DNA of 64,000 nucleotides from Thermoanaerobaculia bacterium (GTDB taxonomy: Bacteria; Acidobacteriota; Thermoanaerobaculia; Multivoradales; JAHEKO01). The first letter of the stretch is position 1, and every line of letters begins with the position of its first letter. The stretch covers positions 171,968 to 235,967 of the forward strand of contig CAMYNM010000003.1 of assembly GCA_947259725.1 (NCBI GenBank), written 5' to 3'. Below the pieces are notes generated by a model. It searched no databases, was not told where the DNA came from, and saw nothing but the letters and a program-made list of their open reading frames with translations. The position numbers and the translations under genes were made by a program. Below are positions 18,827 to 30,832 of the stretch, piece by piece.

Positions 18827-19702
18827 TTGGCGTGCGAGAATCGCGCGGTGACCACCGTCCTCAGGCAACGAATCATTGAGTTTGTTCGCAACGCCGAGGC
18901 CGGAGATTTCGGCGAACTCGCCCTCGAGCTCTTCTCCGAGCAGTATGGCCGGCTCGCGGGCTATCGCGAGGCGTGCGTACGGCAAGGCGTTACCCCGGAG
19001 ACCCTCTCCGCCTGGCGAGAGATCCCGATGGGAGCCGCCCCCGCTTCCGGCTCCATCGAGCTTGAAGCCCACGTGATCGCCACGGCTTTGCCGGAGCTGT
19101 TCCGTTCCGGTCCCTTGTCGCTCATCGTCGGATCCGGTCCCGAAGATCCCGAAACGGCCGGCACCGGCGTCGGGGCCCTCCTCGAGATCCTCTCGAGCCA
19201 CGCTCCGGAAGGAAGCTTCGTCAGTCGCAATCCGAAACTCGACACCCGTGCGCTGCGCTCGTGGCTGGGCGAGCGCCAGCGCGACCGACGGCCGGTGCGG
19301 CTCATCGGCTCGGCGGCGGGCTATGAACGCCTGCTCGAGTTTCTCGATCGCCGCGGCCTGAAGTTCCGCCTGCCACCCGGCTCGGTGGCGCATCGGCTCA
19401 TCGCCTCGCAAGCAACCGGAAGCACCCTTGGCGCGGCATCGCTTAATGACCGCTTGGGACTTTCGCCCGAGGCCTGTCCGCTCATCCTCTGCCAATCCGG
19501 CGCGACACCGTTTCTCGAAAACCCCGGCGGCTCGGGCAGGTTCCGGCTTCCCCACTGGGTCCGCGCCGTGGCCTACGGCGCCGACCGGCCGACTCTCCTC
19601 GATCTGGCCTCACTCGACGCGCCGGCGCACCGAAAAGCACCCGGCCTGAACGCTCTCGAAGGCGGTGAAGTCCCGGTTTTCGAACCGGTCGCCGGTCCCT
19701 AG
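18827..19702 (+). CDS. Hypothetical protein, possibly a truncated LuxE-like acyl-protein synthetase
   Basis: N-terminal ELALELFSEQYGRLAGYREAC resembles the start of LuxE-family proteins, but the product is only 291 aa. TTG start at 18827; an alternative GTG lies nearby. Confidence 0.45.
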   Translation: MACENRAVTTVLRQRIIEFVRNAEAGDFGELALELFSEQYGRLAGYREACVRQGVTPETLSAWREIPMGAAPASGSIELEAHVIATALPELFRSGPLSLIVGSGPEDPETAGTGVGALLEILSSHAPEGSFVSRNPKLDTRALRSWLGERQRDRRPVRLIGSAAGYERLLEFLDRRGLKFRLPPGSVAHRLIASQATGSTLGAASLNDRLGLSPEACPLILCQSGATPFLENPGGSGRFRLPHWVRAVAYGADRPTLLDLASLDAPAHRKAPGLNALEGGEVPVFEPVAGP

Positions 19703-20088
19703 GACGTCGCGGTCCACAGGCCCCACTCGTGGCCGTCGGGATCTGAGAAACGAGCGAAACGGCCCGAGCCACCGATCTCCTGAGGCTCGGCGACCACGCG
19801 GCCCCCGCAGGCAACCACCCGATCGAGGCACTCTTCGAGCGTTTCACCTTCGAGACGAACGACCGGCAGCGGGCGCTCGAGCACATCCGAAGAGCCGTCG
19901 AAAAGACCGACTCGCATACCCGCCGCGGGCGCCGCGTCGTCGCTCGCCCGCACGCGCCGGTACGCTTGGTTCGCCGGACCGGCCTCCAGCTCGGCCGTCC
20001 ATCCGAAGACTCGCTCGAGAAAGGCTGCCGCGCGCTCTGCGTTCGCCACCCGAAGATCGAAGTGGTCGAGGGTGGCGCGCACGGTCAC
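19699..20088 (-). CDS. VOC/glyoxalase-family protein
   Basis: 129-aa product with the glyoxalase-fold pattern HFDLRVANAERAAAF...GHEWGLW. Confidence 0.65.
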   Translation of the reverse strand: MTVRATLDHFDLRVANAERAAAFLERVFGWTAELEAGPANQAYRRVRASDDAAPAAGMRVGLFDGSSDVLERPLPVVRLEGETLEECLDRVVACGGRVVAEPQEIGGSGRFARFSDPDGHEWGLWTATS

Positions 20089-20146
20089 CTTCGCCAGCGG
20101 ACCGACGTCGCGATGAACCGAGTCTTCAACCTCGAGCTCCTGCCGG

Positions 20147-20986
20147 TCAGGAGCCGATCAGGTTCCAGAGGGCAGCTTCCGGCTGTCTCCAGTCGTTGCC
20201 TTGCAGGCGCCCTACCTCGCGGTCGTTCACGAAGATGACTCCGGTGGGAACCGACTCGATGTCGTACTTGGCCGCTTCGGTGTCACCCTGAAAACCCCTC
20301 GGCAATCCGTAGTACTCGAAGGACAGGGACGAGCCGTTGAGGCGCTCCGCCACGTTCAAGATGCGCGGAACCATCTGGCCGCACGCGGGGCACCAGGTAC
20401 CGAAGAAGACCCGCACCCTTACGCTCGCCTCGACCTGGCTCAGCCGGTCCAAAACGTCCTGCGCGGGACTGTAGGCCTCGGCTCGCCGAGAATAGACTTC
20501 CGATCGCTCGAGCATGCCGGCGGTGTCGTAGAGACCGATCAGCGGCGGTTTCGGCTTCAGGCGCATCTCGTTGCCATCTATCTGAAAGACGACGTTGGTG
20601 CCGACGACCTCGAAGGGGGCGTGGGTCGCGAGCACCGGATCGGTCTTGACCTCGAGGAAGCCACCGGCCAACTGCTGAACCTTCATGAAATTGAGGCTCT
20701 CGACGACTCGCTCGCGGGGCCAGACCAGAATCGGCGGGCTCATCACCGTCGCCGGCATGATCAAGATCGCCGAGGTCTGGCCCGAGCGGTAGACCTTGGC
20801 ATCCGGGCTGTCTTCGCCGTTGACGGCCACGACGAAGTCGTCGATGAGCTCGAATCCGCGCTGGATCTCGGCGCGCGGCGACTGCGCCGCCACCGGAGCC
20901 GCGGCGGTGACGGCCAAAAGCCCCACCAGGACGCCGGCCGCAACAGGAATTCGACAGAGAGAAGAACGATGGGAGCTGGTATTCAT
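20147..20986 (-). CDS. Secreted thioredoxin-like thiol-disulfide oxidoreductase (WCPAC active site)
   Basis: Signal peptide, N-terminal domain of unknown function, and a C-terminal thioredoxin fold with FFGTWCPACGQ. Start set at MNTSSHRSS (ATG 20984-20986). Confidence 0.8.
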   Translation of the reverse strand: MNTSSHRSSLCRIPVAAGVLVGLLAVTAAAPVAAQSPRAEIQRGFELIDDFVVAVNGEDSPDAKVYRSGQTSAILIMPATVMSPPILVWPRERVVESLNFMKVQQLAGGFLEVKTDPVLATHAPFEVVGTNVVFQIDGNEMRLKPKPPLIGLYDTAGMLERSEVYSRRAEAYSPAQDVLDRLSQVEASVRVRVFFGTWCPACGQMVPRILNVAERLNGSSLSFEYYGLPRGFQGDTEAAKYDIESVPTGVIFVNDREVGRLQGNDWRQPEAALWNLIGS

Positions 20987-21134
20987 CAGGTACGGGCCTC
21001 CGCAGGGCGGACCTGAAGTCTCGCCCGAGTCGTCAATGTTACCTCGGATCAAACTGCACATTTCGTTCCATCACGCTTTTCGCCACCTCGGCCACCGGGC
21101 GAGCCCGTCCGGCGAGCGTCGGAGCCCGAGACCG

Positions 21135-22111
21135 CTATCGCGTCGGATGGTCAGGATCTGGCGGATCGAGATGATCGGGCAGGCCAGCCCAGGTGGCGGT
21201 GACCGTTCCGTCTTCGACCTCGAAGGCTCGCGGCAGGGTCCGGTACAGGGGACGCAACAACGGCAACGGCGCCTCGCGGACCTCGAAGCGCGGGCCCCAC
21301 TCCCAGAAGAAGGCCTGAACGCGCTCGTTCGAGGCGTCGGCGAGCAGCCAGACCGACACCCCGGACCGCTGCGCTCCGAGCTCGTTGAGCGCATCGACGG
21401 TCGCCTCGATCTGAGCGTTGTCGAGGTCGTCGAGCGCCACCAAGTGCGTTCCTTCGAGAAGCTCGGGAACCAGAATATCGAGACAAACGCGCTCCGCTCC
21501 GGGCGCGTCGGCACCGGCGCAAAAATCGACCACCCGCGCACCCACTCCAAGCCGGGTCGCCGCGTCATCCAATGGAAGGCTCGGCGAGGCCCATGCCAGG
21601 ATCGCCATCGCCGCGGTCACCGCCGCCACCACCGCAAGGCGCCAGCGCTGGCTCGCGTAGTCACGCCGCCCCACGAAGACCGCCAGCAGAAACGGCGGCA
21701 CGAGAAGCAGCAGATCCTGCCAGAACGCCTCGGCTGGGCTGCGCTCGACCAGATTGCCGAAACACCCGCAGGCGGACCCGTCGTCGAGATCGCCGCGCAT
21801 CCAGCGCAGGTAGGACCTGGCCGTGAGAAACACGAACAGCGCGACCAGAAAACCCGTCGGCACGAGCACCCAGCGACGTCGCAGATCAAGGATCAACGCG
21901 ACCCCCAGGCAAGTCTCCGCGACGATGACCAACCAGGCCAAGAAGCCCGCAGGCAGAGCGAAGTCGAGCCCTTCGAAACGAATCTGTTCCGCGAACGCGA
22001 TCGGGTCGAGGGCCTTCGGCACCGCAGCGACCAGAAACACCAGCCCCAGAATCAGCGCGGCGACCGTACCGATCCAACTCCAGGTCTTAGAGCGCGCCGA
22101 CATGGACGTCA

Positions 22112-22115
<4 letters not shown>
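21135..22115 (-). CDS. MauE/DoxX-like integral membrane protein with a C-terminal soluble domain
   Basis: Four predicted TM helices with a conserved Cys pair (GSACGCFGN) as in MauE. Its ATG overlaps the uvrA stop (ATGA). Lies upstream of the thioredoxin-like gene. Confidence 0.6.
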
Positions 22116-24979
<2,864 letters not shown>

Positions 24980-25292
24980 CCAAAACGAGGCGCCGCCCAG
25001 CCGACCATCATAACGTCAGTGTCGCCACCTCTGTCGGCCATCCTCGGGCCCGTCGTCAAGTACACAGACACAAGGACATCGCGCCGGGGCACACCGCTAC
25101 CCGGGCCCTGCAACCGGCACCGGTTGTGTGCCTGAAGGAATCGCCGGCGTGTCTCGGAGCGAGCCTCTCCATCTGCTGATGACTCGCGCAGAGACACGCC
25201 GGCGCGACACTGTCGGTACCGGTATCTCAGAGCCGATCTTTGGTCGACACGGAGGTCGACCGCTACAGACAGGGAACCACCGCCGTCACCCG

Positions 25293-27737
25293 CTATGGTG
25301 GCGGCGCGACCCGCTTCTTCTTGCCCTTGAAGATCCGCGAAAGCCATCGCCAGGGTCGCCGCTTCGTCCTCTGCGGCCCCAGCTCCGGCTCCTCGGCCGC
25401 GGCCCAGTCAGTCCAATCCCCGTGCAGGCGACAGATCCTCTCCGGCACGTCGTCGGCGAGAAAAAACTCGGTAATGACGTCCAGACACCTGCCCGTGGCG
25501 AGCTCCCCGGTGGTCGGATCGATGACCGCCGTGACGATGCCCGGCGGCTGCGCCGGGACACCGTAGCCGCCGACCGGCCTGACCTTGAAGGTGAACCGGG
25601 TCCAGATCGGCAGCGCCGCGCGTGCGCCGGAGAGCATGGTCGCCGAGTTGTCGTCATAGCCGACCCAAACCAGAGTGGCGCGATCGGGCGAGTAGCCGGC
25701 GAACCAGCTGTCGCGGCGATCGTTGGTGGTTCCGGTCTTGCCGGCGAGTGGATCATAGAGCCCCTGGTCGCGGACGCCCGTGCCGGTTCCCCGCTCGAGA
25801 ACTCCACGTAGGATGGTCGTGGTCAGAAAGGCGGCCTCTGGACTGAGAGCGCGCACAGGCTCTTCGAGAGAGGTGCCGTCAACCGGATCTCCGGCGGGAC
25901 TCAGGACGCCCAGGAGCGAATGCACCGGCGGGCGCACGCCTCCGGCTGCAAGCGACGCATACACCGTCGCGAGATCCAGCGGGCTGACCTCGAACGCACC
26001 CAGGGCCAGCGCCGGAACCTGCTCGAGCGGGGTCTGCAGGCCGAGATCGCGGGCCGTCTCGACGATCGGCCCGAGCCCCAGATCGAGAGCGAGCCGAACC
26101 GTGGGGATGTTCAAACTGCGCTCGAGAGCTGTGCGCACCGTGACCCAGCCGCGAAAGTCGCCGTCCGAGTTCTGCGGCGACCAGCTGCGATTGGCCAACG
26201 CCACGGTCAGCGGCGAGTCCTCGATGAAGGTCGCCGGCGTCGCTGCGCCGCGCTCGAACGCAGTGGCGTACACGATCGGTTTGAAGGCGCTGCCTGCCTG
26301 ACGCCGAGCCTGAGAAGCGCGGTCGAACTGACTCGCGCGGTAGTCGCGCCCACCCAGGTAGGCGAGGATCTCGCCGGCTCTCGGATCCATCGAGATCAAC
26401 GCGGCCTGTAGCTCGCCCTGCCGCCCCCGAGATTTTTCCCAACCACCCTCGAGCGCCTCGAGGCCCCATGAGATCGATTCCTCCGCCGCGGCCTGACTGC
26501 GACGGTCGAGCGTCGAAAGCAGCACGTAACCGGCATCCTCGAGGCGCCCAACGCCGAAGCGGCGAGCCGCCTCGGCGGTCGCGAGATCCAGAAAGTACGG
26601 CGCCTGTCGCACCGGAATCGGATGCGGCCGGGAGCAGAGCGGCAGAGCGGCAGTCTGGGCGGCCAGCTCTTCCTCCAGCCAGCCGAGCTCGCGCATGCGA
26701 CCCAGCACCCAGTTGCGGCGGTCCACGGTGCGCTCGGGAGCGCTCTTGAACGAGTAGCTTCCGGGAGACCGGATGATCGCGGCCAGCACGGCCGACTCGC
26801 ACAGATCGAGCTCGGCGGGGTGCTTGCCGAAATAGGCCCAGGCCGCCGAGCCGACACCGATCAGGTTGACGGTATTCGCCGAGCCCCAGTAGATCTCGTT
26901 GAGGTAGGCAGCGAGGATCTCGTCCTTCTCGTAGCGCAGATCGACCAGCACCGCGAGGATCGCTTCGCGCAGCTTGCGGGCCACGGTCCTTTCGTGGGTC
27001 AGGAAAACGTTCTTGACCAGCTGCTGGGTGAGCGTGCTGCCGCCCTGCTGGAGCTCGAGCCCGCGCAGGTTCACCCAGGTCGCTCGCAGAATGCCTCGAA
27101 TCGAAAGTCCTTGATGCTCGAAAAACGACGCGTCCTCAGCCGCAAGAACAGCCTTGATCAGAGAATCCGGTACTTCCTCGAGAGCTACCGGCCGCTTCTC
27201 GCGGCGCTCGGCGCCGACGAAGCTCGCCAGAATCGGCGCTTCAAGAGACGACCTGTCGATCGCCTGTCCTTGCCACGCCATCCCGGAGATCCGGCCGCTG
27301 CGCACCCGAACCTCGAGAAGGCCTGGCGCTTGCCAGCCGCGCGGCGTCGGCCGCTTGCGCAGGAAAACCGCGAAGCCCGATCCCGAAACCTGGTACTCGC
27401 CCGCTTGCGACGGAGCCGCCTCGACCCGGCGGTAGCCGAGGTACTCGACCTCTTCCAGAATCTCTTTGCTGCGCACGTTGCCCCCCGCCGCGAACTCGTA
27501 GGGGCGGCCGTAGAGCCGGGTCGGCTTGCTCGCGCGAGCCTGGTCGAGCTGGGCGGAAAGCTGCCAAAACGGCCACAGCGTCCAAAGAAGGCCGAGCCCG
27601 AGTAGAAGGATCAGAACCGCAGAGACCCGCCATCGACGGCGCAAAACTCCAGCCCATAAGGACGCCTTGCGTCGCCGCTTGCGGCCGCGAGGCCGGCGTC
27701 GTGTCGCCATCGTGGTCGCCAAAACTGCAACTTCCAC
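25293..27737 (-). CDS. mrcA: Class A penicillin-binding protein 1A (glycosyltransferase GT51 plus transpeptidase)
   Basis: N-terminal TM anchor, GT51 motifs (EDASFFEHQG, GGSTLTQQLVKN), and transpeptidase motifs SAFKP, SLN, KTGT. Confidence 0.9.
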   Translation of the reverse strand: MEVAVLATTMATRRRPRGRKRRRKASLWAGVLRRRWRVSAVLILLLGLGLLWTLWPFWQLSAQLDQARASKPTRLYGRPYEFAAGGNVRSKEILEEVEYLGYRRVEAAPSQAGEYQVSGSGFAVFLRKRPTPRGWQAPGLLEVRVRSGRISGMAWQGQAIDRSSLEAPILASFVGAERREKRPVALEEVPDSLIKAVLAAEDASFFEHQGLSIRGILRATWVNLRGLELQQGGSTLTQQLVKNVFLTHERTVARKLREAILAVLVDLRYEKDEILAAYLNEIYWGSANTVNLIGVGSAAWAYFGKHPAELDLCESAVLAAIIRSPGSYSFKSAPERTVDRRNWVLGRMRELGWLEEELAAQTAALPLCSRPHPIPVRQAPYFLDLATAEAARRFGVGRLEDAGYVLLSTLDRRSQAAAEESISWGLEALEGGWEKSRGRQGELQAALISMDPRAGEILAYLGGRDYRASQFDRASQARRQAGSAFKPIVYATAFERGAATPATFIEDSPLTVALANRSWSPQNSDGDFRGWVTVRTALERSLNIPTVRLALDLGLGPIVETARDLGLQTPLEQVPALALGAFEVSPLDLATVYASLAAGGVRPPVHSLLGVLSPAGDPVDGTSLEEPVRALSPEAAFLTTTILRGVLERGTGTGVRDQGLYDPLAGKTGTTNDRRDSWFAGYSPDRATLVWVGYDDNSATMLSGARAALPIWTRFTFKVRPVGGYGVPAQPPGIVTAVIDPTTGELATGRCLDVITEFFLADDVPERICRLHGDWTDWAAAEEPELGPQRTKRRPWRWLSRIFKGKKKRVAPPP

Positions 27738-27771
27738 GCCACGCTCGAGCGCATGTTATCCTCCGCGCCCC

Positions 27772-29676
27772 ATGATCTCCGTCTCGAATCTGGGCAAGGT
27801 CTTCGGCGCCCAGATTCTCTTCGAGGGCGCGGCTTTCCAACTCAACCCCGGCGAAAGGTACGGCCTCGTCGGCGCCAATGGCTCGGGCAAGTCCACTCTC
27901 CTGCGAGTCCTCACCGGTGAGGAACCGGTCACCGACGGCACGGTGTCGATTCCAAAGCGGCTGCGTCTCGGCATTCTGCGCCAAGACCATTTCGCATTCG
28001 AGAAAGAGCGGATCATTGACGTCGCGCTGATGGGCAACGCCGACCTGTGGCAAGCCATGGAAGAGAAGGAGCGCATCCTCGATGCCGCGGAGAAGAGTTT
28101 CGACGCCGAACGCTATGCCGAGCTCGAAGACGTGATCCTGCGCAACGACGGCTACAGCGCGGAAGCTCGAGCCGCGGAGATCCTCGAAGGCCTGGGAATC
28201 GCGACCGAGCTCCACACCCAGCCGCTGTCGACGCTCTCGGGCGGCTTCAAGCTGCGGGTGCTACTCGCGCAGACCCTGGCCGCTCAACCCGAAGCCCTGT
28301 TGCTGGACGAGCCCACCAACCACCTCGACATTCTCTCGATCCGGTGGCTCGAGAAGTTCCTGCAGTCCTTTCCCGGCATCGTGGTGGTGATCTCCCACGA
28401 CCATCGGTTCCTGGACAATGTTTCGACCTACATCCTCGACGTGGACTATCAGACCGTGACTCTCTACACGGGTGACTACTCCGCCTTCGTCGAGCAGAAG
28501 CTCGCCGAGCAGGAGCGCAAAGAAAAAGACATCGACAAACGCGAGAAAGAGATCGCTCACCATCAGGCCTTCGTCGAGCGCTTCCGCGCCAAAGCCTCCA
28601 AGGCACGGCAGGCGAAGAGCAAGCAGAAGATCCTCGACCGGATCGTCCTCGAGCCCCTGCCGATGAGCTCGAGACGGTATCCACGGTTCAAGTTCGAGCA
28701 GTCGCGCCCGAGCGGCCGTAGAGTGCTCGAGCTCGAGCACATCTCGAAGGCCTTTGGCGACAACCATGTCCTCGAAGACGTTTCACTGACCGTCGAGCGC
28801 GGGGACCGCATGGCGATCATCGGACCGAACGGGATCGGCAAGTCGACGCTCCTGAAGATCGCCATGGGTGAGCTCAAGCCCGACCTCGGCGAGAGCGAGT
28901 GGGGCTACGAAGCCCGTCCCGGCTACTTCGCCCAGGATCATCACGAGCTCTTGCAGCCCGACAAGGCGACCGTCGAGAGCTGGCTCTGGGACATCTGCCC
29001 CGGGGAACCCATCGGCTTCGTCCGCGGGCAGCTGGCGTCGGTGCTGTTCAGCAAGGACGAGGTCGAAAAGCCCCTGGGAGCGCTCTCAGGCGGCGAGGCG
29101 GCCCGCCTGGTATTCGCCCGGCTCGCGGTCGAGCAACCCAACGTGCTGATTCTCGACGAGCCCACCAACCACCTGGACCTCGAAGCGATCGAGGCCCTGG
29201 TTTACGGGCTCAGAAAGTACCCGGGCACCCTGGTCGTGGTCTCTCACGACCGCTGGTTCGTCGCGCAGCTCGCCGACCGCATCGTCGAGATCACCTCCTC
29301 GGGCATCCGCGACTATCGCGGCACCTACGAGGAGTACGTCGCCGATTGCGGCGACGACCACCTCGACGTCGAGACGGTCCTGCGCCAGACCAAGACCAAG
29401 AGCCGGAAGAAAAAGACCGGCAAGGCCGGCGACGACGAGGCCAAGCGCAAACGCGAGCTCGCCAAGACGCGCGATCGCTTGACCGACGAGATCGAAAAGG
29501 ACGAGGAGCGCGTCAACGAGATCAATGAGCTCTTCTGCGACCCGACCTACTTCGAGAAGACCTCCCCCAAGCAGGTGCAAAAACTCGAGCGCGAGCAAGC
29601 CAAGTTGAAGACCGCGGTCGAGGAGAAGATCGTCGAGTGGGAGAAGGTGGAGACCGAGCTAGAGGGTATTTCGTAG
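27772..29676 (+). CDS. ABC-F family ATPase (Uup/YbiT-like, tandem ABC domains with a C-terminal coiled-coil)
   Basis: Two Walker A motifs (GANGSGKST, GPNGIGKST), two LSGG signatures, and a K/E-rich C-terminal tail. Start set at MISVSNLGKVFG (ATG 27772); the upstream extension is R-rich. Confidence 0.9.
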   Translation: MISVSNLGKVFGAQILFEGAAFQLNPGERYGLVGANGSGKSTLLRVLTGEEPVTDGTVSIPKRLRLGILRQDHFAFEKERIIDVALMGNADLWQAMEEKERILDAAEKSFDAERYAELEDVILRNDGYSAEARAAEILEGLGIATELHTQPLSTLSGGFKLRVLLAQTLAAQPEALLLDEPTNHLDILSIRWLEKFLQSFPGIVVVISHDHRFLDNVSTYILDVDYQTVTLYTGDYSAFVEQKLAEQERKEKDIDKREKEIAHHQAFVERFRAKASKARQAKSKQKILDRIVLEPLPMSSRRYPRFKFEQSRPSGRRVLELEHISKAFGDNHVLEDVSLTVERGDRMAIIGPNGIGKSTLLKIAMGELKPDLGESEWGYEARPGYFAQDHHELLQPDKATVESWLWDICPGEPIGFVRGQLASVLFSKDEVEKPLGALSGGEAARLVFARLAVEQPNVLILDEPTNHLDLEAIEALVYGLRKYPGTLVVVSHDRWFVAQLADRIVEITSSGIRDYRGTYEEYVADCGDDHLDVETVLRQTKTKSRKKKTGKAGDDEAKRKRELAKTRDRLTDEIEKDEERVNEINELFCDPTYFEKTSPKQVQKLEREQAKLKTAVEEKIVEWEKVETELEGIS

Positions 29677-29753
29677 GGGAAACGGAGAGGGTCACAGCCG
29701 GCGAGTCGGCGCCACCCGCGCCTCAATTCAACAGCGTCGAAGGCGTGTACGGT

Positions 29754-30152
29754 CTAAACCGTTTCGAGACGAGTCTTCATATCCGTGTAGGCCGTCTCGA
29801 TGAACCTAGTCAAAGCCCCGGCATCGACGCCCCCTCCTGGCCTGAGCTTCACGTGTCGCATGACCCTGCCGGTGCCTTCCAGCAAGCCCTCGGGATCGGT
29901 GAGCTCGGCACCACGAAAGAAGCCGACATTGACGTGAGCCTTAAAGGCATCGACATACGCGAATGCCGCCTCACCGACGCATGCCGTGGGATGGCCATCA
30001 TGCAGTAACTCTCGAACGTCGTCTCCACAGCCACGCATCACGTCAAACCAGTGCCGTGCGATGGCCCCAAGTTCACCGGAATGCGCTTCCATCCAGCGGT
30101 CAATGGCAGGATCCCGGCAAACTGAACTAGGGAAAAGGAATACTCCGTTCAC
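29754..30152 (-). CDS. DUF1801 (YdhG-like) domain protein
   Basis: The 132-aa product pattern is consistent with DUF1801. It lies in a locally lower-GC stretch. Confidence 0.5.
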   Translation of the reverse strand: MNGVFLFPSSVCRDPAIDRWMEAHSGELGAIARHWFDVMRGCGDDVRELLHDGHPTACVGEAAFAYVDAFKAHVNVGFFRGAELTDPEGLLEGTGRVMRHVKLRPGGGVDAGALTRFIETAYTDMKTRLETV

Positions 30153-30249
30153 GGTGGTGTCCGATGCAGCGGGTGTCAGAACCTTTCCTCGCTCGCTCTC
30201 CCCACTAATCTGATATGCCGGCGAATCTCCCGCGCCGAGAGAGGAATGC

Positions 30250-30522
30250 TCACTCCAGCTCTGTTGCCTTTAGCTTGAGGCCCTCGGGCAGCTGACAAGA
30301 AACACCATCCGTGGAGGGCGACAGCCAGAGAGTGAGAACTCTGACCGAAAATGGAGATGTCACTTCCGCGACTGAACCTTCTAAAATCTCGTGTTTCATT
30401 CGCTCAGCAAACAACATCCGAACAGGCCAGACGAGCCAGAGGAAGAGGTTCGCACCGACCAAGAGAAATGGCCACGCCAGAACGGCAACAACGCGTCTGG
30501 CAATGCCGGGGGACTCAGACAT
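30250..30522 (-). CDS. Small predicted membrane protein (90 aa, 2 TM)
   Basis: Two hydrophobic segments (VVAVLAWPFLLVGANLFLWLVWPV and others). ATG start. Sits in a lower-GC islet with an AT-rich TATTTTTAT-like element upstream. Confidence 0.35.
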   Translation of the reverse strand: MSESPGIARRVVAVLAWPFLLVGANLFLWLVWPVRMLFAERMKHEILEGSVAEVTSPFSVRVLTLWLSPSTDGVSCQLPEGLKLKATELE

Positions 30523-30832
30523 CGTTTCACCAAGCCGTCACGCTGATCTCGGATTCTTCATAAAAATAGCACACGCCACCTTCTCCCGGAGCCGTTTCCG
30601 GCCTTCCGCGCGCGCAGCCATTTGAGGCGCTTGCGAGGATCCGGCGAGGTGAGCGCGGGGGAGTCGAGGACCAGCGACTTGCCCGCACCGCAGCGAGGCG
30701 AGAGGGTCTTCCTTCTTGCCTCGCGAGGAGACGCGCAAGGCGCCCGAGACGACCCCGCGGCGAGCCCGCCGGATCGCAAGAAGCCTCACGGCGAAGCGCG
30801 CGCAAGGCCGGAAACGGCGGCCGCCGCCAGTC

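Noticed and set aside
24980-25292. Possible LexA/SOS box upstream of uvrA
   Set aside because: I looked for CTGT-N8-ACAG, CGAAC-N4-GTTCG, GTTC-N7-GTTC and similar palindromes. I found only a TACCGGTA palindrome and the GTCGAC repeat, neither matching a known LexA consensus. No call made.
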